From NCBI RefSeq assembly GCF_963921235.1, contig NC_086108.1, positions 81,222,001 through 81,286,000 on the forward strand: DNA of 64,000 nt, written 5' to 3'. Made by a program: the position numbers and the translations under genes. The DNA comes from Mobula hypostoma. Lineage: Eukaryota. Under the pieces are notes generated by a model. The model was not told where the DNA came from, ran no database searches, and was given only the letters and a program-made list of their open reading frames with translations. Below are positions 13,080-26,839 of the stretch, piece after piece. Positions within the stretch are counted from its first letter, which is position 1; every line of letters begins with the position of its first letter.

Positions 13080-13445
13080 CGCAAGAGATTCCGCAGATGC
13101 AGGAAATCCAGAGTAACATACACAAAATTGCTGGAGGAACTCAGCAGGTCAGGCAGCAACATTGGAGAGGAATAAACAGTTGACATTTTGGGGTGAGACC
13201 CTTCATCAGGCCTGGAAAGGAAGGGGGAAGAAGGCAAAATAAGAAGTTTGTGCGAGGGGTTGGAGTACAAGCTGGGAGGTGATAGATGAAGCCAGGAGAA
13301 GGGGGAAGGTGGATGAACGGGGGAAAGGGGGAAAGTGAGGGATGAAGTGAGAAGCTAGGAGGTGATAGGTGAAAAAGTTAAAGGCTGAAGAAAAAGGAAT
13401 GTGATAGGAGGGTAGAGTGGACGATGGGAGAAATAGAATGAGGAA
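13080..13445 (-). mobile_element. Penelope-like element 3' region with decayed hammerhead (13177-13214)
   Basis: The minus strand reads a pyrimidine-rich body, then ccaggcCTGATGAagggtctcaccccAAAAtgtcaactg, then gctgcctgacctgctgagttcctccagc..gcatctgcgg. Confidence 0.8.
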
Positions 13446-16329
13446 ACCAGCTTTCACAAGGTCAACATTGGAAGGATTTAAGCTGAACACACTAATCCAT
13501 ATGGTCATATATTTGAACAGGGTATTGAAAATAATTTAGTTAAAGCTATTCATGTTCAGCATTAATCTTTATCATATCTTTTTTCCTTCAATGGTATGAA
13601 AGGAGAACTGGTCCTTATTTCTAATCAAGAAATGTTTTGATAATATGTAAGGCTCTGCAATTGCTTAATTCAGACTAGAAAGTGGGGATGTTATTATGGG
13701 GGGTATTTTGCCACTCTGAATGCTCATGTGGATTAAAACTAATACAATTCACCTCCTTGTCCATTTAAAACATTCAGTACCATATAGCTACTCAGATTAA
13801 TTCATATAAAGCTGTTGAGTCAAAAAATTGCATTGTTTCTTAAATAGTTTCAGAAAGTACCATTCCTTAAAATAATCACCCTTCTGTTTTACCAGAAGCA
13901 GCACAGGCATCGAACAGTGTCTCTCCACATTTACTCCAACCTCAATGACACATCATCCTAAGGTGCAATAATATTTTACATTTCTAGCTGCTACTTAAAC
14001 AGATATGCTAATAAATTAAAAGTGATCATTTGCATAAGGCAATTTCAAGAGAAAATTAGTCGTTCTGAAGTAGAACAGGGTGCAATGGTACAATTGACCA
14101 TAAAATAACTAGCAGCAATTTGACCAAATAGGATGTACTAACTCTTAGTATAAATTCTCATACACGCTAGGAAAATTCTGTTGTCATATATATTGTCAGA
14201 GAAATGTATTTAAGTTATTAGGTTAAAAAAAAGCTTTAGTTTAAAAAGATTATAACATTTCTGTCTTATTTTATAGCAGGAATAAGCAACCTCAAATGGT
14301 TTTCCAGTGATAAACACTTTAGTACATTTCATGCCCATTTTCGGTGGTACAAAGTCCTTGAGGAGAATATATTAGTGTGTGGACCCATATATACAGGGAT
14401 TTCAGGAGGAGTCGTATTCCGATGAATAGCACTAAATGTTGTAAAATGCTATAAATATTAGCTACTTGAATTGCCAGGGTTGTTCAGTTATTCTTCGTTG
14501 CCACAATTCCAACAGTTAAAATTTTATTAGGTTTAATATTTGCACAATTCAAATAAAACATAGCACACATAGAGATAAAAACAAATTGCAGAAACTGGTC
14601 TTAAATGTATTTCTAAAGGGGCACTCTGTCATGGAGTGAAGAAATCTCTACTTTGAGAAGTAAGAGATGGCTTAGGCAACTTTTAAGGGCACTGAGTGAG
14701 TCTACGTAGCGACTCCAACATCCTATCGATCGGAAAATACCAATGGCATCCCAGGCATAACTTTTTGTATCAAATGTAAAGGAAGTTCTTGTGCTTCAGG
14801 GTGATTCTTCCTTTGGGTGAAATGTGTTAACCGTGCCTTGATGCCCCTAAGCTGGAATGTTCAGCACAGACCGATTCAATGTTAACTTGTCTCTAGTTGC
14901 ATTTCCATTTCTCTAGTAGCAAAAACGTCTTGTGATCCTAACTTGTGCCACAGAAAAGAAAGTGCAAAACAAAACATTTTACTTCCATACCCAACATTTT
15001 GAAAACAGGAGTAGAAAGACCAAATGAGACATTGATATTTCCATTAGCATGCCTTCTTTAATATTTTACATCATTTTGGTACATTTTTTGGTATTGGACA
15101 AAGAAATGTAAACTTTGAAAACTATACCCCTTTTCACTACAGCATTTAATATTTTGACAGTTAGTTCACAAACAACAAATAAATTATTTTAAATACAGAC
15201 CTCTATGGGAGAAAGAAATAGTTTTTCATGGTCTCCAGGACTTGAAAGGTTGTTTGTGGGAATAGAGCCAATCCTTTTACTGAGAAGCTCTCAAGTATTA
15301 GATGTGATAATTTAATTTTGTTCAGTATTCCCAATTCACATTTTTACACATAAGCAAACAGCTATAAGAAAAATGTAAAACAACACTGGATGGACCTATT
15401 GGAATCAATGTGCTTCCATGTTATATATACTTTATAATAATAAAAATTAAGTGCGTTGATAGTTCAAACAAACAAAAACAAACAGCTGTGTATTGCTCAG
15501 TTGTTCATCTCATCTCCTTTGTCTGAATTTTAAAAACCTTTAGCTTTTTGTTTGGCAGGTCCCTTTAACATTAAGCATGACATTGGCATTGAAAGGTTAG
15601 ATTTGTTTGAAGTTCCTGAAGTGTATTGTACCTTAACTGAGGCACAGTAACTGTTTGCATGGTTATGTAGGATTAGCACCTAAGTATCAATTTTCTGTGT
15701 GAAAAGCTGTTTCAAATAAGCCCTGTTCTTAAACTGGAAAGAAACCTTTAAAGTATTTTACGGCACAGAATGTTGTGTGAGCTTGGATCATTCCTTCTTC
15801 AATTACATTATTATTTTTCCATAGATTTAGTTTGACTACTTCTGCTTTACTTGATATCTCTGTTAATACTCAAAGAGAAGTTTTCCAGACCCTTTGGAGC
15901 CAGATCCAATGAATTGACTTAAGGAGATTTAAAAAAAAAAATTGCATCCCAGGAATTGAAATAAAAATTCTCATAAAATCCCTGGACTAGCCCTGATGTA
16001 CTAACGTTGCCCTCATTTTTGACAGTCACTCCACCTATTGTTGCAGCTGATGTCTTCACTCTGTTCCCTGCTTCCATTCCATGTCAATGGACATTCCTAT
16101 TCTTTATTAAATATCATCTTTAATAGCTGATACTTCACATTCCTTCCAATCTTATCACTTCACTGAATATTGTATCAAATCTTCCTGCTCAGACCCAATG
16201 ATTCCTCCCTTAATATGACTTTATCTCTAGTCTCTGCTGTTGATTTCTTGGATTTTCTCTTCATTGCTAAGACTATTTTCTTCTCATAAAGTCAGAGTCT
16301 AAAATCTATGCACAGAGAGGAAACGGAGC

Positions 16330-16620
16330 AAAAATTTCAGATTGCAGATGCTTCATCAGAGCTCAGTTAATCCTTCTACTGGCTCTTGTTGATGTGGAAT
16401 CATTAAAACGCTTCTTACATTCTTTCCTTCCTTATTCCACTCTAAAGTATCAGCTTGGCCTTTCCTGACCTCCGGATTTACTCATCAATCTTTGAAATGT
16501 TCAATGGCTCAGTTTAACTCTGTTTCTCTTCTCACAGATACTGCCTAATTTGTTGAGTATTTTGGACATTTTCTGCTTTGTTTTATTCAGATTTTCAGCA
16601 TCTGTATCTTTTTGATTCTC
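16330..16620. mobile_element. Old Penelope-like terminal repeat remnants (both orientations)
   Basis: tttcagattgcagatgcttcatcagag (minus-strand CTGATGA..GAAA) and plus-strand taactctgtttctcttctcacagatactgcc..ttcagattttcagcatctg. Confidence 0.55.
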
Positions 16621-16889
16621 AGTATACCAATTCTGTTCCCAACTGCTGAGGGATTTCATTAACATCTATTCCTCACTCCTGTATTAATTGCAAGGGAGTG
16701 CTGATTATATGATCACTCATTATCCTCACACCTCCCTCCTTACAGTATTCTTCCTGCATTTTATTTCCCTTCTTTATTAGTAATCTTGTGAACTTTCTTC
16801 TGATGTTCTCACTCAGAAGCAAATAAATCTTCTGACAGTCCCTCCAATTCTGATTTATTATCCCTCTCAACCATATTCTCTTGACTTCA

Positions 16890-17552
16890 CTCCATAACCA
16901 TTGACGCTCTTTCTAATCAAGAATGTATCAGCCTCTGCTTTAAATATTTTTAATACTTTGTCTCCACAGATGCCTGTGGCAATGAATTCCACAGATTAAC
17001 CGCACTCTGGCGAAAGAAATTCCTCCTCTTCTCTGTTCTAAAGGGGCATCTATCTATTCTGAGGTTTTGCCTCTAGTTTTAAAGCCCCCCACTTTAGGAA
17101 ACATCCTTTCCACGTTCTCTCTAGGCCTTTCAATATTTGATAAGTTTCAATAAGATCCCCTTTCATTCTTCTACACTCCCGTGAATACAGGCCCGAAGCC
17201 ATCAAATGCTCCTCATACATTAAACCTTTTTTTTGGGGGGGTCATTCTTGTGAACCTCCTCTGGATGCTCTCTGATGCCAGCACATCCTTTCATAGATAA
17301 AAGGCCTTAAAACTGCTCATAATAGTCTATGCGATCTAACTAATGCCTTAAACAGCCTCAGCAATACATCCTTGCTTTTATCTCCTAGTCCTCTCAAAGT
17401 GAATGCTAACATTGCATTTGCCATTCCTTACCACTGACTCAACCTGCAAGTTAACCTTTAGGGAATCCTGCACATAGACTCCCAAGTCCCTTTGCACCTT
17501 TGATTTCTGAATTTTCTCCCCATTTACAAAATAGACTACACCTTCATTCCTT
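16890..17552 (-). mobile_element. CR1 LINE 3' fragment
   Basis: Reverse complement of the 63520-64000 family (gaatgctaacattgcatttgcc, aagttaacctttagggaatcctg, aggcccgaagcc). Confidence 0.88.
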
Positions 17553-19174
17553 CATCAGGTTCATCTGAAGTATTTATTTCACAAGCCCTTGGTGATACAG
17601 AATTATTAACATGTTGATGCACTCTTCTCTTGCATCTCTAGACTAAAATACCCACTTGGCGTTACCTGATCACACCTTGCTGATTCATTCATTAGTCTTT
17701 ATTTGACTGCACATTCTATACCTTGGCCTTTTGAGTAAAGTTCTCAAATAAAAAGTTTGTGAAAACTTTATTTCCAAGTCTTATATAAATGACACTGCTT
17801 CCATAGTTTACCTGTCTTGCCACAAAACATTGTAAGAGATTCCTAAAGTAATAACCTTTTACTTTTGCTCCTTCATCTGTAGTATCTACTTCTATTTCTT
17901 TACTCACTGCTAATACAAGCACTGGAATGAAGTAACAAGGAACTGAAGAAATCAGGTTACCTGTGGTGCAGTGGTCATGGGGCAGGTGTGTAGAAAGATG
18001 AGAATGTTGTGTCGATATCTCACCTCTATAATCTGAATCTATGTGTAGGCAGAATTATTTGCCTACCATAATCTGGAATTATCTAAAAGTGTACCTAAGC
18101 TTTAAAAAATGATAAAGAAGGATTCATGGTATTCTCCAGGGTTAGGCTTCAAATGAATGATGAGAGCTTCATGATATTCTGCAGGAAAGTGCAATAGAAT
18201 GACAATTTGTGCATAAGTGAGTGACCATTGGCCCGGTTAAGGTTATGTGTGTAGTTGATACTGTTGTGGCTTTTGCATAAGTATGGAGAGTATTCTGAGA
18301 GAAAAAAATGGGATATGTTCATTCAGACCCAAGAACCCCACTTAACTCTATCTTGCTTTAATCAGCCTGTTGAATGCAAACATTCTGGAAAACAGTATAT
18401 TGAATCAGCCAGAACAAGAGAAATAATTAGCACCAGTGAGACCAGGGGACCGACTGACATAAGCCTGTACAGACATATGAACTGCAAATGGAAGTCCGGA
18501 AATCCGCTTGAGTTCAACCCCTGAGGTGCGGAACTTAGCCACTGTGAACATGAAGGCGTTCAAAAATCTGTTCACAGAATTAGCTAAGTCCTTCACCGCA
18601 TAGGGCTCAGACACAGAATCCCTCCTGCAGGCTCCCTTAGTATCTCCACATGGTCATGCGTTTCATAATCTGAAACAGCTGAAGGTGAGCAGCAAAGAAA
18701 ACACTGGCACGTCAAGGACACAGGCTCAGTCCTCCTGTCGTAGCAGACAAGGCAGAATTTGTTTTTTGTCTTTCAACAGAAGCCCAGAGTCTCAACCTTT
18801 TTGGTTACAAAGAAGAAGGATGGGCTTAAAACAAGCAACAGAGGAATATATTTTGTCAGAAAGTCTTTCTCTTGGATATTCCATTTTATATCAGCATAAT
18901 CAATTCTGACTGCTCTGATTTTCTCTCTGAACGAGATCTAGATTACAAACATTGTGCAACTTGACACAGAAGTTAATACCTGAGTTATCTTTTCAGCTTC
19001 TATTCCATTTTAAGGCTGGAACCCACTTTTCAATCTTTCTGGTTGGCAAAATTAAAAGAAATGAATGACAAATTTGCATTGTGAGTTGGTGAGCTTGTGG
19101 CGTAGGAGTGAATTAGCAAAGCTAATCTTCTCACATTTTCCTTAAAATATTAATAATACTTTATTTTGAGGGCA

Positions 19175-19275
19175 TTTGATCTGAAACAATAGTTCTGTTT
19201 CTTTTTCCACAGATGCTGCCTGGCCGTTTAAACATTTCCAACATTTTGTAGTTTTGTTTCAGATTTCCAGATTTC
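19175..19275 (+). mobile_element. Old Penelope-like terminal repeat fragment
   Basis: atctgaaac..ctgtttctttttccacagatgctgcctggcc..tttccaacatttt..ttcagatttccag. Confidence 0.6.
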
Positions 19276-19929
19276 TTGACTTCCAACATTTTTTTCAGGA
19301 TGATATTGTTGCAGTGAGAATTCTGAATCCCATTAAGGTCGTGAACAAGCTTAGGATCAACTGATTCTATAAATGATCCTTTCGCATTGATATACCGGCC
19401 ACTTGAAAAAAAACATTAGGTTGAAAGTGAATATGTATTAGAATAAAACCATTCTTGAGGAAAATTGAGGTAATCTTAACCTAGGTCTTGTTCCTTACCA
19501 CCCACCCAATTAACCAGCTAAAGATAAGCCATACACAAAGGACACAGTGTGAGCTCTATTTTGACTATCGATTGTGCCCAAGCTAAAACTAACATTGGAA
19601 AAATATTACGCCTTTATTTGTCAAAGCCTTAAAGTTTTATAATTTCCCTACTAAACCCTCTAACCCCATTTAAGATGCACCGTAAAATCTAATTCTTTGA
19701 AAAAAGGTTTTCACAATCTGCCCCTTTATATACTTATCTGCCTTGGTGGCAAATTTTATTTAATGGTTAATAGTATGAACACTCACATTGAAGATACTAT
19801 ATAGAAGTTAGCTGAATTTGGTCTGTTGGGGAATAAGGGAAAATTCCTGATATTGACACTAACAGCATTTCCCTGATTTTTATTTTCATTAATATCAAAG
19901 GAAACAGTACTCAGGAGTTATGTTTAATG

Positions 19930-20009
19930 CAGGGGTTCCCAACATTTTTTATGCCATGGACCAATACCATTAAGCAAGGGGTCCGTGGACCCCAGGTTGT
20001 GAACACCTG
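19930..20009. mobile_element. 80-bp hAT (Charlie-like) MITE
   Basis: TIRs caggggttcccaac / gttgtgaacacctg (12/14 match). Flanking 8-mers gtttaatg / gttcaata (6/8) fit a decayed 8-bp hAT TSD. Confidence 0.75.
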
Positions 20010-20084
20010 GTTCAATAGATCACCAAATGTTGCCATGCATTTTACACTATTGCCTAATATCGAATGACTCCTCGTTTCAGCACA

Positions 20085-20185
20085 ATCTTTCAAACTTTGA
20101 GGACATCCTGAACATTAGAGAGGCTCTTCACCCTTACTGTCTCAAAGCACAATTTGTTTGCCACGTTGCCATCAGGAAGGCAGAT
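20085..20185 (+). mobile_element. Decayed Rex1/Babar LINE fragment
   Basis: cacgttgccatcaggaaggcagat resembles the LPSGRR motif of the other Rex copies. Confidence 0.4.
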
Positions 20186-22324
20186 GGCAAACCAGATACG
20201 CCTTCAGCCTTTTTTTTGTGGTCTATAATTCCTTAATTGTTAAGAATGTGGGAAAAAAATCCACAATTCATTTTTCCCCAAGAGTAAGATGCATTTTCTT
20301 CAGCAAGGTGTTGTCAGCATTAGCTGGTGACAAGTTGGTAATCCCTGGCAATGTGATTTTACATTATTAAATCAAATCACTCTGCCAGGAACCCAGCCAG
20401 CCACAGCAGGCAGTATCTTGCAGTCCATGGGAAACTCTGGGCTTATATCTAGAGCCAAAATAGGACCTGCCAATAATCTAAAAAATGAAGCTGATTCAGG
20501 CTACTTGCAAATGATCATTTTCTCCTTTGCAACGCGCAAGCAATTTTTTCCCCAATCCAAGGTAAGAGAAAACTATTGTCAGACTGATGTAGATCATGGC
20601 ATCTTCTGTTCCATTGCAAACTTGTGCTCCTACAACTTGAACATGCCTGAAATGCAGACATATAAATATAAAAAATTGAGAAGAATTGTACATACATGTT
20701 GGTCACTGAAGTAAAACATGCAGATTTCAAAAGGATTAAAAAAGAAATTACTTTTCAGAGGCACAAGATGGAAGATCTCTTCAAAACTGGACTGTTCCAT
20801 CAGTATAGCAAGTTTTATTCCTGTATCCTGGACCTATCATCATGTAGAAATCTATCTGCAAAACATAGAAGAGCATCACCATAATTCATCTCTGAATGGA
20901 AATGGGATCACAGAACTCTTACATCTATGAAGGTGGCTCCTATATGCTGATAATTTGGAAACTTTCTTGTACAGTTAGTGGCATGAACCTTTAAAGAAAT
21001 GAATTTTGGCAAACTCAGTCGAACTGGCAGCCAAAAGGATAGTGTAGATTTGGCAATCCGACTTTGAGAAACCACACAGAGGATTGGCACCGTCCAATAT
21101 AACATCTTATTTGCCCAGATTAACCTTTGGTTAGCTATTCTTCTGGCCTTTTCTCCAGACATGTAAATATTACCCAGAAGTTAAATATTTCACATATACT
21201 GTACAGTTCATATTTTAAAATAATAATATTTACGAGGTCTCTTCAAGTTACAAAAACCTAACTCATGGACACCTGTCTCTATGAACAAGCTCCCATAAAT
21301 ATTATTACATTCAAAAGAGTACAAGTCTTGAACAACATCCTGATTATTTGTAACCACCTCACAGTAATCGGACACCATTTGCAGGTACTTCTGCAGTGAT
21401 ACTCATGAAATAATATTACATCTACTGATACTTTAAATCCATTAAAACCAACCATTGAGCTTGAGACATCTTAATTCTGTACCATTTGAACTAGTCAGAG
21501 CAAGAAAATAAATAAATGTTAATATTGATTGGCCCTTATGAACCTCATTAATTCCAGTACTGTGGGGATGTGGTTATTTTACGGAGCAATTTAAAGTTTT
21601 GTGACTTACTAACAACATAGACTTATCAACCTCTGTAAAGAGGGTAGGGCTATATTTAATTCTAATTCGTAAGTTACTGTTGAATCTGTTTTCACTTTTT
21701 CCTCATGTTGTCTTTTTTTTTGCCATTCACCACGTGTCCTTTTGTCCTTTCTCTTACCAATTTTTCTACACTAAAAACAGTTTCTTCTCATCTAACCTGA
21801 CTAACTCCTTAATAATTCTGCATGTTTCAGTGAGTCACTTATCATCCTAGTTAACTCTAGCGAATAAAGGCATGGGCAGCTGGATCTTTCCTCACAGTTG
21901 TATTGAATTCTGGCTATAACACTATCGACAGGTTAACCAAGTCTAGAGGAGGGTGAAGTAAAGATTTATTAGAATGTTTCCAGAAAGAGAGACTTGATTT
22001 TCTTGGAGAGACTGGAGAGGCAGATGTGGTTATGGCTGGCTGACCTCCTTGCAATTTGCATTCGGCTCATTCCCGACACTTCCAGATTTGCCCCTGGATT
22101 CAACTTTGCTTTTAATCCAGACCATCAGCTCGATTTCTACTATCATGCTTGAATGGGGTAACAGAATTTTGCTGTTTTCTGTTGCTTCAGTTTAATTAAT
22201 TTTAATGTTTTAGTCAATCTATATAAGTTAATTGTGGTTTGAAGTGGAAGTATTTTCAATTTTTAATCATCTAAATGTTTTTTCTATTGTCTCCAAATGT
22301 CCAGAGATATCTCTAAACAATATA

Positions 22325-22651
22325 TTCCTTTTCCTATCAGGTTTCTTCTTCTTCAGCTGTTTACTTCTTTCCCTATCACCTCCTAGCTTTTGACCACCCA
22401 CCCTCCCCCACTAACTCATCCACCTTGGCCCCCCCCGCCACACAAGGCTTCACCTATCACTTGCCAGCTTGTACCCATTCCTTAACTCCCTACCTACTTA
22501 TTCTGGCTTCTTCCCCCTTCCTTTCCAGCCCTGATGAAGCCCCTCAGCCCAAAATGTCGATTGCTTATCCTTCTCTGTAGATGCTGTCCAACCTGCTGAG
22601 TTCCCCCAGCTGTGCTGCTCTGGATTTCCAGCATCTGCAGAATCTCTTGTA
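22325..22651 (+). mobile_element. Penelope-like element 3' region with decayed hammerhead (CTGATGA at 22531)
   Basis: Pyrimidine-rich body, ccagccCTGATGAagcccctcagcccAAAAtgtcgattg, and the terminal ggatttccagcatctgcagaatctcttgt. Confidence 0.8.
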
Positions 22652-24225
22652 TTACAAGCAATGGAAAAATCCTTTAAAACTTTGAGCAGTAGAAGCCCCT
22701 CAGGATGGTCCATAGGTGGGCTTTAGTTTCTACTGCCTATGGCCTGCTTGCTGACTGTGTACTGTTGTGTTACATAGAAGGACAGTGCACAGTGGACAGC
22801 TGGTGGAGTGCTGAGATTGAAACACATGAAATAGGTTAGTGTACCCAAGGATTATCTCAACAGAGGTATAAAAATGCTGCAATATAAGCACTCTGACTGG
22901 CTTCTCTGTAGCATGTCAGGCTAATTAAGGAATATTAATTGGACTGTTTAAGGTGAAGCAAGAGAAATTACAGTGTCTCAACCTATTCAATCGATGCAAG
23001 GGAGGCTTATAATTATTGTCTACACTCTATGATGTTGGTCCAGTAAGCCAGTTGGTGCTTTAGTAGCATGTGTCTGTAACTTCATCATCCTTGAGGTACT
23101 TTTATAACCCTGTGGTCATAGATACAATGATGTCATGAACTAGCAAAGCACCACAAAAGGTCTATGATAGGGTAACCACACCAAAGAACCTCGATCTAAT
23201 CAGTGATCAATTCTTGAGAGTGGCAGACATTTATTGAGAGGTTTTACAATGAGCAAGCCCGGGGTATTATATCAATCAATGAATATTGGTTAAAGTAAAT
23301 GCAGAACTTCCAAAACCCAGCTGGAAGGAGCAATTAAAAAAGAAAGTATGTTGATCTGTCTCAGGTTTGCACTTCTTTCTCATGTGCTACCTAGTTGCAA
23401 ATGCAGCAATGTTGAATTTTCCCTCTTGTAAGCCATCGTTACATCTCACATAACAAATCGTTATTAATCACACAAAGAATTATACGTATTTCATGGAAGG
23501 TCGGGTAAACCAAAAAGTAAAAGACCAAAGACAATGCTTGTTTTTTTTTTCATTTGAAAGAAACAACCAAATATTTTGTACGAATAGATGTTGAATTTCA
23601 CAATTACAAGTCTACCACCATTATTCATGGACTGTAACCTGTAAACACTTAGATTTTATTCCTCTCTTCTCCATGCTTTCCTCCTCTGAGGTTGTTGAAG
23701 AGGAACATTATAGTTTATGATTTTGACATACTTAATCATTGTAGTCCTCAGACAGTCTTACATAAAGGGATCACGTGAGTTTTTTAAGTTACTAGTCCTC
23801 ACGGTGCCTTAGGACTTCAGCAAAGACAAATTCTTCGTCAGAGAGAAGTCTGTATGAAGACTATACCAGTTTTATTCTTCTCCATAGCAACACCCCAGAT
23901 CATAGGAGTTTAATGTTTTTCCCATAGTCATCTCTGAGAATCACATATTACTGACGTATCATTCCTTAGATATTAGTTCATTAAGTCACAGGTTGAACAG
24001 TAAATTAAATCAATTTGGATGAATGAGAGAACAGGTAGAATAGGGATTCAAAGACCCCTTTTTGGCTTTGCTCTTCTTAGTTGTGATCATTAAAGCAGCA
24101 TACCTGACCTTCAATCTCTTTTTTTGTAAGTACAGAAAGATAGCAGTTTTGAATCTAGAAACAGGAATCAGCTATTTGGCCCTTCAAGTCTATCCCACCA
24201 CTCAGTAGCAAACTTACTGGGCCTC

Positions 24226-24320
24226 GTTCTGATAAAAGGTCAATGATCTGAAACATTAACTTTGTTTCTGTCTTCGCAGATGTTATCTGATCTTTTATTT
24301 CCAACATTTTCTGGTTTGGT
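24226..24320 (+). mobile_element. Old Penelope-like terminal repeat with hammerhead relic (second family)
   Basis: gttCTGATAAaaggtcaatgatctGAAACATTaac followed by tgtttctgtcttcgcagatg. Confidence 0.6.
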
Positions 24321-24519
24321 TTCTTAGAAGCATACTGATCCTGAAAGTACAGTACATCAGTGGGTAACTCATGAAACTATTCACTCTCTTATTTAATATA
24401 TAGATTTAAATAGCCATCAAAACAAGGGAATTTTTTGTCAAACTTGGTGTCAATCAGTGTCATTTCAGAAGGTGCCACTGCGGTACCAACACCGATTCCT
24501 TTCCTTGTTCAGTGATCCT

Positions 24520-24765
24520 TCTCTCTTTAGCCAGAGGGTGGTGAATCTGTGGAACCCATTGCCATGGACAGCTGTGGTGGTCCAATCATTGGGTTATTTA
24601 AAGTGGAGGTTGATAGGTTCTTGATCAGTAAAGGTGTCAAATGTTAGCGGCAGAAAGCATGAGAACAGGGTTGAGGGGCATAATAAATCAATAAATGATA
24701 AAATAGCAGAGCAGACTTGATGGGCCAAGTGGCCTAATTTTGCTTCTATGTCTTATGGTCTTATG
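24520..24765 (+). mobile_element. CR1 LINE 3' fragment
   Basis: tttagccagagggtggtgaatctgtggaa ... tcttatggtcttatgg tail. Confidence 0.88.
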
Positions 24766-25289
24766 GGCTCTTTGTACCAGGTATCACAATAATTTTATGA
24801 GTGAGGGGTGGTGAAAATATGCTCATATTTTGCATTGAAGATACTGCTGAAGTGAGGGAACCATCTTTTAAAGGAATTCGAGAAATGCGTACCTCTGCTT
24901 AGAACTGCTCAGTGTGATGCAGTAAGTAATGGATTTAACATTCAATTTAAATGTATTAAAGCCTACAACTACCCAGAGATTGGATAGTACTAGCCATCCT
25001 ATCAGGAAGTTGGTGCAATTCATGTTAGTATGCCTGCTACTTTGCTGGTAACAGTGGTGTGCCAATTTATGCCAGCAGTTGTTCACTGCGCCTTTCTTCC
25101 CCAGCCAACATAAACTGGAGGGTTAAGCGGCAAGCTACAGATTACATTAATAGTTCACAGTACAGCTAGCAGCAGGTCAGTCTGCTTTGTTGCATTTGTC
25201 TCCATTTAAACTGTAGAAAGTAGTGCTACAGTTGCAGGGAAGTGTCATGCAAGTGGGCAATAAGGTGTAAAACCACAATGTGATAGGTT

Positions 25290-25437
25290 GTGAGGGTCAA
25301 GAATCCATCTCATTGTACCGGAGGTTGGTTCCACAGTTTTATAACGGTGGGTTTGAAGCTGCCCTTGAGCCTTGTCATACATGCCTTCAGGCCTTTGTAA
25401 TTTCTGCCTGAAGGAATGGGGGAAGAAGAGAGAATTT
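25290..25437 (-). mobile_element. Rex1/Babar LINE ORF C-terminal fragment
   Basis: The minus strand encodes a decayed PSGRNYKGLKACMTRLKGSFKPTVI, the Rex1-type C-terminal motif. Confidence 0.6.
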
Positions 25438-25469
25438 CAGAAGGCATTGACTGTAAAGACAATTAGAGG

Positions 25470-25985
25470 ATTGTAAGAGGCGGCAGAGGGTTGTGGACTC
25501 ACCCAGATCCCTTATGGGCACAAACCAACCCATATATAGAGGACATTTTCAAAAGGTGATGCCTCAGGAAGGTGACACCCATCCTTAAGGGCCCTCACCG
25601 TCCACGACATGGCCTCCTATCACTACCACCATCCAAGGAGGATGCACAAGAGTCTGGAGACCTACTCAACATTTTAGGAACAGCTTCTTCCTCTCTGCCA
25701 TTGGATTTCTGGACAGTCAGTGAATCTATGAACACTACATCGATATTCATAGAGTCATAGAATCATAGAAAAGTACAGGCCCTTCAGCCCAACGAGTCTG
25801 TGCTGAACCACTTAATCTACCTACTCCCATCGACCTGCTCCAGGACCATAGCCCTCCATATCCCTCCCATCTTTCTTATTTCTTCTATTATTAAATTATT
25901 TATTATTGTAATTTACAGAAATTTGTTATTGCCAGAAAACAACACATTTCATGACCAACATTTATGACAATAAACCTGATTATGT
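25470..25985 (+). mobile_element. Rex1/Babar LINE 3' fragment containing a nested minus-strand CR1 3' end (~25748-25871)
   Basis: aggaacagcttcttcctctctgccatt (RNSFFLSAI) and 3' UTR acaataaacctgatt, interrupted by catagagtcatagaatcatagaaaagtacaggcccttcagccc. Confidence 0.75.
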
Positions 25986-26624
25986 GGTTTATTAATAAAT
26001 ATACTCCATGTTTCACTAGGAACCTATTAAATAATATTCCCCAGTACAGGCAAAGTGAGCCTCTCCGCACTCTAACTCTTAACACCAACGTAGTCACCAG
26101 TAATTAGAAGAGAAAGCCCAGATAATCCCTCATTTCCTCTTTAGCAGGATCACTTACACTGAACATAACACATATATTATTAAACCCCTGTTCCAATTGC
26201 TTGCTACAATCATTCTCAGTGGGGGGCAACTCCCCGGGACAAATCATACAAAGTTGTCAAATTTATTTCTGCTTTGTTTGAACAGATGGGGATTTTCTGT
26301 TACAGCTGGAGTTTCCTCCTACAAGTTTTTCCTATGATGTTTCTGATGAATCTCCTTGTGTCCCAGGCACACAACAACTCCCTTCTGGAACTTTTCTCAG
26401 TGATGGGAATGTTCAGGTGCCAGTTGTGAAGGTCTTTCCCTGTTTGTTTGCCTTTGCTCCTGAGCAAATAAAGATGAAAGGTTGCCATAAGGCTAAGTGT
26501 AAGAGGTTAATGCAACCCTCAGATTTGTTCATAGCAAAATCTCAACAAGAGCCTTTGTGATTTGCTCAGGTTCTGTCTTGGTGTGTGCAAAGAATATGTT
26601 TCTACCATGAAACTCAAAACAAAA

Positions 26625-26775
26625 AAAGCCCTAGATGCTGCAGATCTGGTTACTGTTTCAAGTCAGAGAACCTTTGTCAGAATGGTTCTGACAAAAGTTC
26701 TTCAAACCCAGTTTTTCTTTCCACAGATGCTGCCTGATCTGCAGCATTCTTCCAGCATTTCCTGTTTCTGTTTTG
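26625..26775. mobile_element. Old Penelope-like inverted terminal repeat remnant
   Basis: Internal palindrome aacctttgtcagaat/ttctgacaaaagtt, then ccacagatgctgcctgatctgc..tccagcattt. Confidence 0.55.
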
Positions 26776-26839
26776 TATGTACTTGCAGTCAGCAGCCTGG
26801 CCTTTTGTTTTACTGCAAAACCATATGTCTGCTCGCAGA

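Noticed and set aside
20418..20930. Cluster of five overlapping short ORFs
   Set aside because: No recognisable domain, no consistent exon chain, and ORFs on both strands; compatible with chance.
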